From: Sporopachydermia quercuum
Taxonomy: Eukaryota
Length of the DNA stretch: 64,000 bases
Reading direction: 5' to 3'
Assembly (NCBI GenBank): GCA_001599295.1
Contig: BCGN01000008.1
Span: 1,116,001-1,180,000, forward strand
Shown here: in pieces, positions 45,954-56,975 of the stretch
Layout of the letters: each line of letters starts with the position of its first letter
Numbering within the stretch: the stretch's first letter is position 1
The notes under the pieces: generated by a model
Seen by the model: only the letters and a program-made list of their open reading frames with translations
Told to the model about the DNA's origin: nothing
The model's database searches: none
Program-made: the position numbers and the translations under genes

Positions 45954-47067
45954 GAATGTCTGATATCTGTTAGGTCAGTTTCTTTTCTATGAAGTAATCA
46001 AATTCACGTGTTTCATTGTGGATTTTAGATCCAGCTCGAATAGTAATAATGTATGAATGATGACATTGTACAACTCATCGCATAAAAGGACAGTGGACCG
46101 TTTATCATCAGTTCAAAGAAATTAGACAAAAAAGAAAGGAAATCATTCATCTTGTTCCGCTAGAAAAAAAGCAATCACTTTATGTCGTGTATTTTATTTT
46201 CCTTTGTTACATATTTGTTTATCTTGGCAGCTTAGCTCAGTAATCACCGCCTATTTCGCGAAACAAGATGATCTCTCCTATTCCCCCCTTCATTTTTGTT
46301 TGTGTCTTTACCATTTAAAGTAGTTTGTAGTTACGTGTTTCGGACTTCCTTACATAATCAAAATCTCGATTAAATATCGGAAATAATTCATTCATTTTCT
46401 TTTAAATCCTTCTCTCATATCATCCGAAATTCCTCTAGTAACACATACTCCGAATCGTCCTCTCCTATTAAGCACGAAACAATCAACACATTGTCAGCCA
46501 ATTGTATATCAAACCGACAGGTTGTCGTCGAAATAATCATAAAAACATCAACCAATCCCTTTTGAAATCTGCTTTTCCACACTTCGCGAGGTTCTCCCCA
46601 TAATATCAGGATTCAAAGCGGTACCGAACTCAAAGTGTCGTTTGTTCAGTGTTTCTCTTTCCGTCCCTTCAGCATCATCAATTTGCTAAAAGTTGTGCTG
46701 TTCCAGCGCCATTGAAACATACAAGCTTAATTCTAGGGTCTTTCTCTTTTTAAAAGTTGGTTTTCCCGTTATTTGTTGGTTTACCAACAACCTGACACGT
46801 TCATTCTTGTGGTAATTATTGTTGTACACCTGTTCTAGTCTGCGTTTCATGATCTGACGCAAAACTGTCGAACAGCAGGTTCTATTAGCAGTGCTATAAA
46901 AATAAACAGCAAAGAAACTGTAATTGTCAATTTGTTAAATTGATGTCTATACACATCAAAGACGTGGAGTATCTGGTTTTATTATAACTGAATTTCAACT
47001 TTTTTATACTGGTATATTGAATGGTGCCTCTCCTACCACTACCAAAACTACCAAAAAAACTATCAAT

Positions 47068-50000
47068 ATGTCCGGGGAAGAAAACATCCCTGGCCATCAA
47101 AAGCTTTCAGGCTTTCAATTTCGAATCAAAACGTTCAAATCGTTAGAATCTGCACAACAGCCGGATTTTCTACTAGCTTATCTAACGAATATTACCAATG
47201 CTTTGCAGATAAAAATAGCTGAAAAGTCATCTACAAGAGTCAAGCACGATCAAACAAATAGTAGTAGTACTACAAATAATAGCATCAGTCATGCTTATTT
47301 GTTGCTTGCTGAGGAATATCTTTCTGACGGTATAATCGAAGACAGTCTCAAGGATATAATTGAATGCTACATACTTAATCGTGAGATGCAACCACAGCTT
47401 ACCAAACCAATCAGAGACCTGCTTGCCAAAACGTACACTTTGACTTTAACTCTTAACGATCAGAAAGGTTGCTATACTACATCGGAGTTTCTGATCAACT
47501 CGCTGGCCCAGAAAACAAAAGGAGAACAGTATTCGGGGCTTAAGCACTTGATTTTAGTTTGCATAACAAGCATCTATCTTCAGTTTGGCTCTGGCTTAAT
47601 TTCATTGTCGTATTTGGTAGTAAATACTATACTGAAGCTTTTTAAGAGCTCTTCGCACACAGGATTTTCTGCTTCTTGCTTGCAATGTGCTGCTGTTGTT
47701 TTGCGAGTTGCTGCCTCTACGTTTGATGAAGCTATGCTGAAATCTGTTTTTAAAGCAGGTAAAAAGGCAACTGGAGATGCCAGTGCAGCAATTGCTAGTG
47801 CAGGATACGAAATACTTACTGCTATTATCTCTACGAGAACTCATTTCAAAAGCAAGTCTGACTTTGATGGGATACGCTCTGTAGGTTTTACAGGGCTTGA
47901 GAGTTTCTATGAACCTGTACGGATATCTGCTGCTAAATATCTTGCTGCTGCAGTTTTTGAATTAGAGCAAACATTTGTTAGAATCAGCATGGAAACTGCA
48001 GCAATAGCCGAAGCTGTGAAAACTGCGAATAATGAAGAAGAAAGCAAAAATCAGCCTGGGGAGAATTCCTCGGACTCCAATAAAGATTCTGGCAAGGGCT
48101 CCAGTACAGGATCTACGTCCGGAGTGATTTCCAGTGCTGTCTTTTCATCATTAAAAAGTCTGTATGCCATATCATTCCAAGAGGCTCTGCTGTTCTACAC
48201 TTCACATTACATTAAAACAAGAAACCCCAGACTTCGCACGGGACTCGTTGAATCATTAGGGGAATTCCTGTTATCTTATAACGCTACAACCATATCGAAC
48301 AACTATTCCACTATTGTCACTGCTTTGTTAGATCATTTATTACTGCTGCAGCTTGATCAGAAGCCAGAAAATGAACATTTGATCATAAAAGCTCAGTTGC
48401 ACGTTTCTTTTATACTGTCGAATGTAATTCAATCAAGGATCTTCTCTCAGTTTGAGCAAATAGCTACTTTAAAGTGCTTATTGGTTGAATATCTAGGTAT
48501 AGCAAGTTCTGCGGATTCTCCTTCTGATAGTGAAGATGATTCAACTGTGGTTACTACCCCTGCAACGGCGAAACAGAAAACTGTACTAGCAAACGCGCCC
48601 AGTACCGCTGTAAAGACTACAGCTGTTGTAGCGGCCATTTCGCATTTACTACGCCAATTGAATTTCTTGACTCCAGATCTTCAACAACCTCTGCAAATTT
48701 CCTTGCTGTCGTTGCTATCTTCGCCCTCTCATACCTTGTGCATTACTATAGTCCACTGTTTGCGAGAGCTCATTAATATTGCCCCAAATAATATCTCTCC
48801 GCTCACGAAAACTTGCCTGGCCCGCATTTCTCAGGATATAAACCCATCCCGGAAACCCAACGAGCTTATCATTGCTGCCAACAGAGGATATGCTATGGCC
48901 CTTTCAATGCTCTGCAGTATCACTATGGAACACAAGGAGTTCTCCTCTTTAGATGTCACTACCAGAGCATTATCGTTGGCATCATCAATCCTACGACCAG
49001 CTTATAGTACTCATAGTAGTGATCTCAGCATAGCACACCAAATCTCGACTTTTGGAGCCTGCAATCTGGCATGGACCCTTCTTACAGGACTTATGTCTCT
49101 AGGGGCAGATTTCGTACAGGTTCATCTATCGCAGCTGCTTCTGTTCTGGAAAGGTGCATTGGCAAGACCCATGTCGCGAGAAATGGAGAATTTATCAAAC
49201 AGCAGATGGGTTGCTGGCTCATTGGAAATGAGATACAGTGCATTAAATGCTGTGCTACAGTTTATCCGGTGCAACGGCAGGTTGATCAATAGCGATGTTG
49301 GTAGACGGCTGATTGCTTTATTCCATAATACTGAAGGATTTATTAATATGATTCCTACTGATCTTAGTGCTGCTGGACCTACGAGTACCACGTTTGCACG
49401 AGTGGGTAATTCTAGAAGTATACAAACGCTAGTGCAACTAACGAAAAAACGGGTTTTACAGTGCTTCTTGGCCATCACAGCTATCAACCACCACGAAGGA
49501 TTCCATCCAAGTATTCTTATCTCTGCCCTGACGTCGTTTGCTGATCCAGCGCAGTTCACGCAGTCTTCTGTAGCAGCTTCAACAGGTGAAAAACTCGCCA
49601 GTACTAAAGAAACTCTCCTGGGACAGAATAGCCATAACCCAAATGCAATTGTATGGGAATGCAACGACAATTCAGCCTACGGAGTGACCAGCCTCCTCAA
49701 CAGGTTTTGTTTGACAGATTTGAAGTTTTCTGGCCGTGAAACAAGGGAAACAGTTTCTGAAGGAGAGAACAGAAACAATTTGGTGAATTTGCAATGGTAT
49801 TATGATGTTTTGGAGGATTATTTGTATATTCCTGTACCCAGCGGTGTTGAGTATGAAGATATCAGCATATATGGACATACTGTAGGCTGCTTCACTGCTC
49901 CTGGAACAGAAGTAAGCCTTGCTGGGTCATCATCAGCAGCTACAGATGTAATTGATTATTCGATAGAATTGTTTGGCGTCTTGTTCTTCCGTCAAACGGA

Positions 50001-53000
50001 AAAAGTCCAGGAATCGTTACTGGAACAGCTCACGAACTACCTTTCTGGTACAGGAATTGGGGAGGTAGCGAGCGAGGGAAGAATGACTGCCATTCGCATT
50101 AATACTGTTGTAGCATTGTACAAGGCTCTAGCTGTGACTAGCAGTGGTACCAATAGCGGCAACAGTGCTAATGGTGCCAGTAATGGAAGTATTTCACTCA
50201 GAATTATCACTAGAATCATGGAAATGTTGAAACAGCTCCTCAAGGAGAAGGATCCTTTTCTGTTTGTCCTGGCTGCTGAAAGTATTGGTTTCTGCTGTAG
50301 TTTGCATACTGGACACTCATCTCTTTACCCAGCTATCATTAAATATCTAATTGACCAAATTGTTGATAATCCCGAACCAGAAACTCGTGCGGGATGTGCT
50401 CTGGCGTTAGCAAACGTATATAAAAACCTCCCTTCCAGCGGAATGCCTGTGCCAGAACGCAACCAGCACTTGCGGACAGTCCTCAATGTGGTTCTCCAAC
50501 TGGTGGAAGATCCTCATCCTACAGTACATTTCTGGTGCTTAGAGGCATTAGCTATCGTGATACAATCTACCCCAAGCGCAGGATTGGCACTTGCAGCCAA
50601 TGTTGTTTCTTGTGTTGGAAAAGTATACAGCTGCTTAGTACGGTCTGATTTTTGTACCAACGAATGTGAATCTACTGCTTCCTCTAACTTGGAAGTCCGG
50701 TACCGGTCTTCAAGGGCCCTGGCGCGTGTTTTCCATTGTTTGGTTGAGATTTTAGGACCTGACGCTGATTCTAGCACAGGATCTAGTACTGGTGCTGAAA
50801 AGATCATGCCTGTAGTAACTATGTTTACTATAGGCAATTGGGAAACAGGAACAATATACCGGATATATGAAGCTGTCAAAGAGCTTATCGTGTTTTGTCC
50901 TAACATGCTATCTCTTCCTGTGATAATTCAACAACTCATTTCCTTTATTTCCAACAGAAATAACGCTTTATACCTTACCGGTACTACAGGACTTCACCAG
51001 GTGGTGAAATGCTTCCCTGTGGGAGAAGTGTTTGGCGCGTACAGAGGTCTGGCACAGAAGATATGGGCAGCGGTTGAAGAAAACCCTGAAAACAAAGACT
51101 TGCGTGGTTTTATTGATTGCTGGCTAATAGGAACTGCTGGTCAAGAACCTATTATATGGTTTGAACGTCTCCGGAAGCTTTGGTCTATTCGGAGGGAGGA
51201 ATTATTGGGCGTTACGGAAAATACACCTGGTGCAAATGCTATTACGAACAATTCTGGCCCTCAACCATCTTCCACTGATGCTGAAGACGAAATTTCATCT
51301 TTTGCTAAGTCAACTACGGCCAACAGTGCTGAAAATAGCTCAGCGACAACATCTCAACTTTGTTTCCCTACAAAATTGCTTGTGCTCCAGTTGGTACGAC
51401 AATTACTAGTTCTGTCGTCAAGTCGCAACGGTAATACCAAACTTCTGTTTGCCAACCGAGTAGGTGAATTAATCAAGCTATCCTTTGCTGGTGCTACTTC
51501 TTTATACCCTCCTTTGCAATTAGTTGGTGTCGAGCTGCTTGGAGATGTAATTGACCTGTTTTCCAGTGTGAAAGATCCTGAATTCCCTGAAGTTTCGCTC
51601 TTGGAACAGTATCAAGCGCAGATCAGTTCTGCCTTAACGCCTGTGTTTTCTGCAGGAGCTTCGCCCGTTCTGGCTGCTGAAGCGGTGGGAATTTGCGGCA
51701 AATTTATAGGCAGTGGTATTGTAGAATCTGTTGATCGTATGGGTAGAATCTTGCGGATTCTTACTGGGGCTTTGAATAGTATTGATACCGGAAATGGGAT
51801 TTCTGTGGGAGACCTGTGTCCCAGCAGTAGTAATGCTCAAACGATGCTGAAGCTGGCAGTTTTATCGGCTTGGGCTCAATTTGAAGTTTCTGCTGCGCGG
51901 GACAGGTATTTGAAGGAAGTTGTTGCGCCGTATCGAGAGCAGTTAATAAGTCTGTGGGTGGGAAGCCTAAAGAAGTATGCAGAATTGAAGCTTGAGACAC
52001 AAAAGGTGCAGCAAGTGCAGCAAGGTACATCGGGAGGCGCAGCTGGAGGCTCCGTATTCCATTCTTTGGATAACGTTTATATGGCATTGTTAAATCAGGG
52101 GGAGTTGGAGTTTTATAAGGACAAATGGCTCGAGTATGTTGAAGCGATTGGAGAGGTTGTTACTGAGGATGGAAACAAGGTTCAGGAGATGCTGCGCTAC
52201 CAAGGATTTATTTCAAATGAAGAAATTCATTCTTTTTTCTTTGTGCTAGTTGGTTTATGTGTTGAAGCATTGTGTGGCATTGGAGCAGGCAGTAGTGGTA
52301 ATATAAATGGAAACAGTAGCGGAGAACACTCTGGAAACGGAACCAGCAACGGAAACATTAATGGAAAATCTGAGGATAATTATACAGTTAAAGTTGTAAG
52401 TGGGATGCAAAAAGTGATAAATCCGAAGATGTGTGGCCCAATTTTGTATGAGCCACCAGTATTTGTTGAACTTATTGAGCTTTTTGATAGACTGGTGTTA
52501 ACTAAAGGGGCTCAAGTGCAAGCAATTGTGGCGCAAATCTCTCATGAGTTAGCTTTGGGAATTGTGGCCCAGGGAAAACCCGAAACGGTATTAATTGAGG
52601 CAAAAAAAACTACACCTATTGCTAATACTACTAATGACAGTGTTGCGACAGTGGACTCTACTCTTGAAGCCACAGTTACCCCGACAGGAGCAGATGTTCC
52701 TCATTTAGAAATTGTGGCTTATTCCGAAACTAGCACAACCACAGAAACAGCCGCTGCCGAACTACTTCGGATTATCTCCCTCTGTCTCATATCAGCTGCC
52801 CCCATACTTTCTGAGTCTTCGGAAAATCCATCTAGCAGCATTTCCAATGTTCCCCTCCTAAAAACCTCATTGGTATCTTTTGCTCACGTGATCAGCATAT
52901 TCCCGGCTCAGCAGAAGCTCGATTTAACTTCAATTTTCCTCCATTTCGTTCTCACATTATATGAATTGCCATTCACATATCAAACAGCTTTTCTTGTGAC

Positions 53001-53943
53001 TGTTTTACCTGCTTTGAAAGTTGTTTTGGCGGCTGTTCAAAGTTTGCTGAGTACTAACCAGGAGATCATGAAAGACACAGTAGTAATGTTGAATGTGTTC
53101 TATAAGAAATTAGCATCTGGAACAGGCTTGAAAAGTAGTTCAGATGTGGCGCATGCAGATGACTTGGGTTCCAATTCAGAAGCAACAGACTTTCCAGTAC
53201 TTAAACAGCGGAATTTCATTGTTGTGACAAGCCTTTTGTTAACTACTACCAGCGAATATCTTTATTTGTCTTCTGAGGATATTTCCTTGTATGTGAAACT
53301 TCTGGTAAATGGTCTGGCTAATGATGAACTATCCATTGCCTGTGTTCAAAGCATCAAGAGCGTCCTCACAGCAGAAGCAAATGTCAGCAGTAGCAACGAT
53401 AATACTATCAGCAAGCCCAACAATACTCCAGACCAAGGAAACCAAGGAAATGTGTTGCTGGATGTGAATAAATCTATTGTTCAGGCTTTGATTAAGTTCA
53501 TCACCCAAGATAATATACCCATACAAAAGTTGAACCAAGATAAGGCAGATATAATTGTTAAAACCTGTTTAGAGCTTATTTTATTGTTCACGAAACAAAT
53601 TGGGAAGCAGTCAGGAAATAAGTCTGCAGGTCTTGCTTTATCTTCCACTATTTCCCGTGTTCCGGCTATTTCAATTGTTATTCCGTTGATCTTATGGCTT
53701 AGTCAACCATCATCTCCTAGAGATAGTATTGTAAAGCAGCATATAGAGCCAAACTATGCTCGCAATAAGCTGCTAGATTTGGCAGCTATTGATCCTCAGG
53801 GATTCAAACAAGTTGTAACCAATCAGTTAACAGATATACAGCACACACGCTTTGAATCTATTGTGAAGGGCCTTGGAAATGATGGTATTGGTGATTATGA
53901 CAGTAACGGTGCTGGACACATTCATTTGAAGAATTTTGGTTAA
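47068..53943 (+). CDS. LAA1: Large HEAT-repeat AP-1 accessory protein (HEATR5/Laa1 family), ~2290 aa
   Basis: AWTLLTGLMSLG, VHLSQLLLFWK, RAGCALALA, DPHPTVHFWCLEAL, RVGELIKLSF, DPEFPEVSLLEQYQAQI and C-terminal IHLKNFG. First in-frame ATG is 47068 (the track starts at TTG). Confidence 0.9.
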   Translation: MSGEENIPGHQKLSGFQFRIKTFKSLESAQQPDFLLAYLTNITNALQIKIAEKSSTRVKHDQTNSSSTTNNSISHAYLLLAEEYLSDGIIEDSLKDIIECYILNREMQPQLTKPIRDLLAKTYTLTLTLNDQKGCYTTSEFLINSLAQKTKGEQYSGLKHLILVCITSIYLQFGSGLISLSYLVVNTILKLFKSSSHTGFSASCLQCAAVVLRVAASTFDEAMLKSVFKAGKKATGDASAAIASAGYEILTAIISTRTHFKSKSDFDGIRSVGFTGLESFYEPVRISAAKYLAAAVFELEQTFVRISMETAAIAEAVKTANNEEESKNQPGENSSDSNKDSGKGSSTGSTSGVISSAVFSSLKSLYAISFQEALLFYTSHYIKTRNPRLRTGLVESLGEFLLSYNATTISNNYSTIVTALLDHLLLLQLDQKPENEHLIIKAQLHVSFILSNVIQSRIFSQFEQIATLKCLLVEYLGIASSADSPSDSEDDSTVVTTPATAKQKTVLANAPSTAVKTTAVVAAISHLLRQLNFLTPDLQQPLQISLLSLLSSPSHTLCITIVHCLRELINIAPNNISPLTKTCLARISQDINPSRKPNELIIAANRGYAMALSMLCSITMEHKEFSSLDVTTRALSLASSILRPAYSTHSSDLSIAHQISTFGACNLAWTLLTGLMSLGADFVQVHLSQLLLFWKGALARPMSREMENLSNSRWVAGSLEMRYSALNAVLQFIRCNGRLINSDVGRRLIALFHNTEGFINMIPTDLSAAGPTSTTFARVGNSRSIQTLVQLTKKRVLQCFLAITAINHHEGFHPSILISALTSFADPAQFTQSSVAASTGEKLASTKETLLGQNSHNPNAIVWECNDNSAYGVTSLLNRFCLTDLKFSGRETRETVSEGENRNNLVNLQWYYDVLEDYLYIPVPSGVEYEDISIYGHTVGCFTAPGTEVSLAGSSSAATDVIDYSIELFGVLFFRQTEKVQESLLEQLTNYLSGTGIGEVASEGRMTAIRINTVVALYKALAVTSSGTNSGNSANGASNGSISLRIITRIMEMLKQLLKEKDPFLFVLAAESIGFCCSLHTGHSSLYPAIIKYLIDQIVDNPEPETRAGCALALANVYKNLPSSGMPVPERNQHLRTVLNVVLQLVEDPHPTVHFWCLEALAIVIQSTPSAGLALAANVVSCVGKVYSCLVRSDFCTNECESTASSNLEVRYRSSRALARVFHCLVEILGPDADSSTGSSTGAEKIMPVVTMFTIGNWETGTIYRIYEAVKELIVFCPNMLSLPVIIQQLISFISNRNNALYLTGTTGLHQVVKCFPVGEVFGAYRGLAQKIWAAVEENPENKDLRGFIDCWLIGTAGQEPIIWFERLRKLWSIRREELLGVTENTPGANAITNNSGPQPSSTDAEDEISSFAKSTTANSAENSSATTSQLCFPTKLLVLQLVRQLLVLSSSRNGNTKLLFANRVGELIKLSFAGATSLYPPLQLVGVELLGDVIDLFSSVKDPEFPEVSLLEQYQAQISSALTPVFSAGASPVLAAEAVGICGKFIGSGIVESVDRMGRILRILTGALNSIDTGNGISVGDLCPSSSNAQTMLKLAVLSAWAQFEVSAARDRYLKEVVAPYREQLISLWVGSLKKYAELKLETQKVQQVQQGTSGGAAGGSVFHSLDNVYMALLNQGELEFYKDKWLEYVEAIGEVVTEDGNKVQEMLRYQGFISNEEIHSFFFVLVGLCVEALCGIGAGSSGNINGNSSGEHSGNGTSNGNINGKSEDNYTVKVVSGMQKVINPKMCGPILYEPPVFVELIELFDRLVLTKGAQVQAIVAQISHELALGIVAQGKPETVLIEAKKTTPIANTTNDSVATVDSTLEATVTPTGADVPHLEIVAYSETSTTTETAAAELLRIISLCLISAAPILSESSENPSSSISNVPLLKTSLVSFAHVISIFPAQQKLDLTSIFLHFVLTLYELPFTYQTAFLVTVLPALKVVLAAVQSLLSTNQEIMKDTVVMLNVFYKKLASGTGLKSSSDVAHADDLGSNSEATDFPVLKQRNFIVVTSLLLTTTSEYLYLSSEDISLYVKLLVNGLANDELSIACVQSIKSVLTAEANVSSSNDNTISKPNNTPDQGNQGNVLLDVNKSIVQALIKFITQDNIPIQKLNQDKADIIVKTCLELILLFTKQIGKQSGNKSAGLALSSTISRVPAISIVIPLILWLSQPSSPRDSIVKQHIEPNYARNKLLDLAAIDPQGFKQVVTNQLTDIQHTRFESIVKGLGNDGIGDYDSNGAGHIHLKNFG

Positions 53944-55133
53944 TCGATGGATGGAAGTATTTGATATACTTTTATGATGGAGATTAGTTACTTGGTTAGT
54001 TGATACTGATTGCAATAAGGAATCAGGTCTCGATTTAATTTGCTGAACATGAACTAATAATTTCTGTCGTGTCCCTGTTTTGAAATAGTAGGTGGGAGAA
54101 TAAAGGTAAAAGATCTTCCGAGTAAATTGAGTTTGTGTGTTTAACCATGATCACTACTTTACATTTGGATCATAATCTCTCATCTTGCAATTGATTGTAA
54201 TCTAGACATTTGGTAAAGAACTTGATAGTAAGTCCTTTGGAGTTAGAATTACGTTTCTATTGTCAACATTGATTCAGGTACTTCTTGCTGGTAACCTCCA
54301 TTACTGCTACTATCATTACTATTACAGAAATTCGGATGAATTCAAAGTATCTGAGACTCCGACTGGTTCAAATATCTGTAGTTAAGGATTATTTGTAGTT
54401 TGTAGTTAGAATATACAAGCAGTAATGTGTTGATAATTGCAGTATCTGATGTATAGATATTGCACTATAATGAATCATCTAGGTGCTACATACAGGATCA
54501 AATCTGTTTCAATATAACCATCATGTTTATCTTTTTCTAACGATCAAAGAAACAAATTGAGATCAACAAAATAGAAATAATCAAGTGGCTGCTAGTGATG
54601 AAAAGATTTGTTAATCAGTTCAGTTGTGTATCTACAATTTGATATCAAAAAGAATACCAAATGTTCGCCGTTTCATCATCATCGTCATCATTGGCCACCA
54701 GTTGATTGATTCATTGTTATTTATTTCGTATACAGTAAATGGGAAACAACTATCAGGAATTAATATGATTCATGAATAGTTGGAAAACCTTGATTCCTAG
54801 CTATTGGTATTACAAATATTGAAAAGAAAGGTTTTGTGATTGGGAGTGAAAGTTCATTTGTGTTTGTGAATTTTTAGCGAAAAATCAGTGTACAACTCCT
54901 GTTATTTCGTGCTTTGCCGTTTGTATAATTACTTTTATTGCTTTATTTTGTTTGTGCTCTGTTGATCTACAATTTATACAACTCTACAGAAACAAGCATC
55001 ATATATAACTACAACTTTATCACAATAAAAAAGCAGATTGCTTATTCGTATTTTAATGGGCTCCACAACATGTAGAATCATTGTCCCCCTAAACACTTTC
55101 ATTCTTTATTCATTTGATTTATTTACTTCTCCA

Positions 55134-56975
55134 CTAATTAACTTTCATTGTATTCAAGTATCTCCTTGTTTCTTCTTTTTCCTTCTGAATGGTTTGATGG
55201 CTCCACTTCAACTCCTTAGCCATAACATCAACAACATTATCAACACAACTTAGAGCAGCACTAGCATCCAAAAATCCTAATCTGCATCTTCTGGTAAGGA
55301 AATCAACTCCGGTTAAAGCATACTCGTATCTGATGGAGTAAAGTAATTCACCAAGGGTAAATTCATACTCAGGATGAAGCTTTTCTTTCAATTTGGGGTC
55401 TTCTTGCATCATTGACAAAATAGTAGAAGCTCTTGAACCATAGTTATTAGCCAGATGTTTGGCAAGATGACCAGGAATGTTGAAAGTTTGAGCCAGTTGG
55501 ATATTGAGATTTTCGTGGTAGTTTTCGCCTCCTACAACAGGAGTCTTAGTAGTAGAACACGCTTGAAGCTGATTTCCAGTAGCCAAGCTAGGGTTCTTCT
55601 CTAATAATTTATCAATAGCTTCTTGAGCCATTTCTCGGTAAGTGGTCCACTTACCACCAGCGATAGTCAACATACCGGAATTAGAAAAGGTGATTAAATG
55701 GTTTCTAACAAGATTTTGGGTAGAATTGGTAGCAGGTTTACTCAAGTCACGGACTAATGGTCTGATACCAGTCCAAGCACTCAAAATGTCAGATCTCGAG
55801 ACATCAACCTTCAGATATGATTGGACAGCATTAAGAATGAAATCAATGTCATCTGAAGTAGGCTTTGGCTCTTCTGGGACAGCAGGTAATGCAGTATCAG
55901 TTGTTCCTACAAGAATCTTTCCTTGCCATGGCAAATAGAACACCATACGGCCGTCGGGGGTAGAAGGATCAAGGATACCAACTTCAGGATTACCAAAATA
56001 CTCTGGGAGAATGATATGAGTGCCAGAGGAAGGAACAACGAGTTTCTTGCTGGCGTCATTGGTAAGAGAAGGGTCATCCAATGCTAGCAATTTATCAGAG
56101 TAAGGTCCAGTGGCATTAATAACAGTCTTGGTGTTGATGGTGAATTCTTCACCGTTGATATTATCAACCGCTTTAACTTGCTTGATGTTTGACCCATCTT
56201 CTGATTTGACAAGTCCGGTGACACTGGCATGGTTAACTACTGTAGCGCCTTTGTCAATAGCAGTTACGGCCAATGAACTGTTCAATCGAGCATCGTTGAA
56301 GGATCCATCATGATAAACTAAACCACCAATGAGTTTGTCGTCGTTCAACATAGGAAACAAGCTTCTAGCTTTAGTAGGGGATACAAGGAAACTGTGACGC
56401 AAGTTATATCTACCAGCAAATAAATCGTAGAACTTGCAACCGACATACATATAAGGTAATTCCCAGTATCTGTAAACTGGAATGAAAATAGGTAACACCG
56501 AGGTCAAATGAGGTGCGATTTCAAGCATAGTGTGCCTTTCATGCAAGGCCTCAATGACCAAGTCTAGCTGAGACTTGTCTAAGTTAAGAAATGCTTTCTC
56601 TAAATATCTTACACCACCATGGGCCATTTTGGTGGATTTGGATGATGTGCCTGATGCAAAATCATCACGTTCAAGTAGTGCTACTTTCAAACCTCTTGTG
56701 GCAGCATCAAGAGCAATACCGGAACCCGTAGCACCACCACCGACGATTACAATATCATACTCTTCGCCAGATTTAAGCTTACTCAAAAGCTCTGAACGGC
56801 TTGGAGGTTGAGAAGCTGGTGGTGATAATGGTGGATACTTAGAACCTGTAGTTCTGGTTTCATTAGAAATAAAACTTGGCTTTATAGCATAGTAAACTGC
56901 TGGGGCAGCCGCAATAGCAACTGTGGCTGCTACTACCTTTTTAGAAAAAAGGCGGAAAGATCCTGCCTGTGCCAT
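55134..56975 (-). CDS. GUT2: Mitochondrial FAD-dependent glycerol-3-phosphate dehydrogenase
   Basis: IVGGGATGSG, DAATRGL, DFASGTSSKSTKMAHGGVRYL, INATGPYSD, GIRPLV and GGKWTTYR; basic N-terminal targeting sequence. Confidence 0.97.
   Translation of the reverse strand: MAQAGSFRLFSKKVVAATVAIAAAPAVYYAIKPSFISNETRTTGSKYPPLSPPASQPPSRSELLSKLKSGEEYDIVIVGGGATGSGIALDAATRGLKVALLERDDFASGTSSKSTKMAHGGVRYLEKAFLNLDKSQLDLVIEALHERHTMLEIAPHLTSVLPIFIPVYRYWELPYMYVGCKFYDLFAGRYNLRHSFLVSPTKARSLFPMLNDDKLIGGLVYHDGSFNDARLNSSLAVTAIDKGATVVNHASVTGLVKSEDGSNIKQVKAVDNINGEEFTINTKTVINATGPYSDKLLALDDPSLTNDASKKLVVPSSGTHIILPEYFGNPEVGILDPSTPDGRMVFYLPWQGKILVGTTDTALPAVPEEPKPTSDDIDFILNAVQSYLKVDVSRSDILSAWTGIRPLVRDLSKPATNSTQNLVRNHLITFSNSGMLTIAGGKWTTYREMAQEAIDKLLEKNPSLATGNQLQACSTTKTPVVGGENYHENLNIQLAQTFNIPGHLAKHLANNYGSRASTILSMMQEDPKLKEKLHPEYEFTLGELLYSIRYEYALTGVDFLTRRCRLGFLDASAALSCVDNVVDVMAKELKWSHQTIQKEKEETRRYLNTMKVN

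Noticed and set aside
49122..49670. 182-aa - strand ORF, and the other short ORFs nested in LAA1, TRS85, the USP gene, GUT2 and TOK1
   Set aside because: Antisense or off-frame shadows of long, well-supported genes.
20854..53943. Apparent cluster of membrane-trafficking genes (TRS85, EMP70, TMS1, USP, LAA1)
   Set aside because: A common functional class interspersed with unrelated genes; no evidence of a co-regulated cluster.
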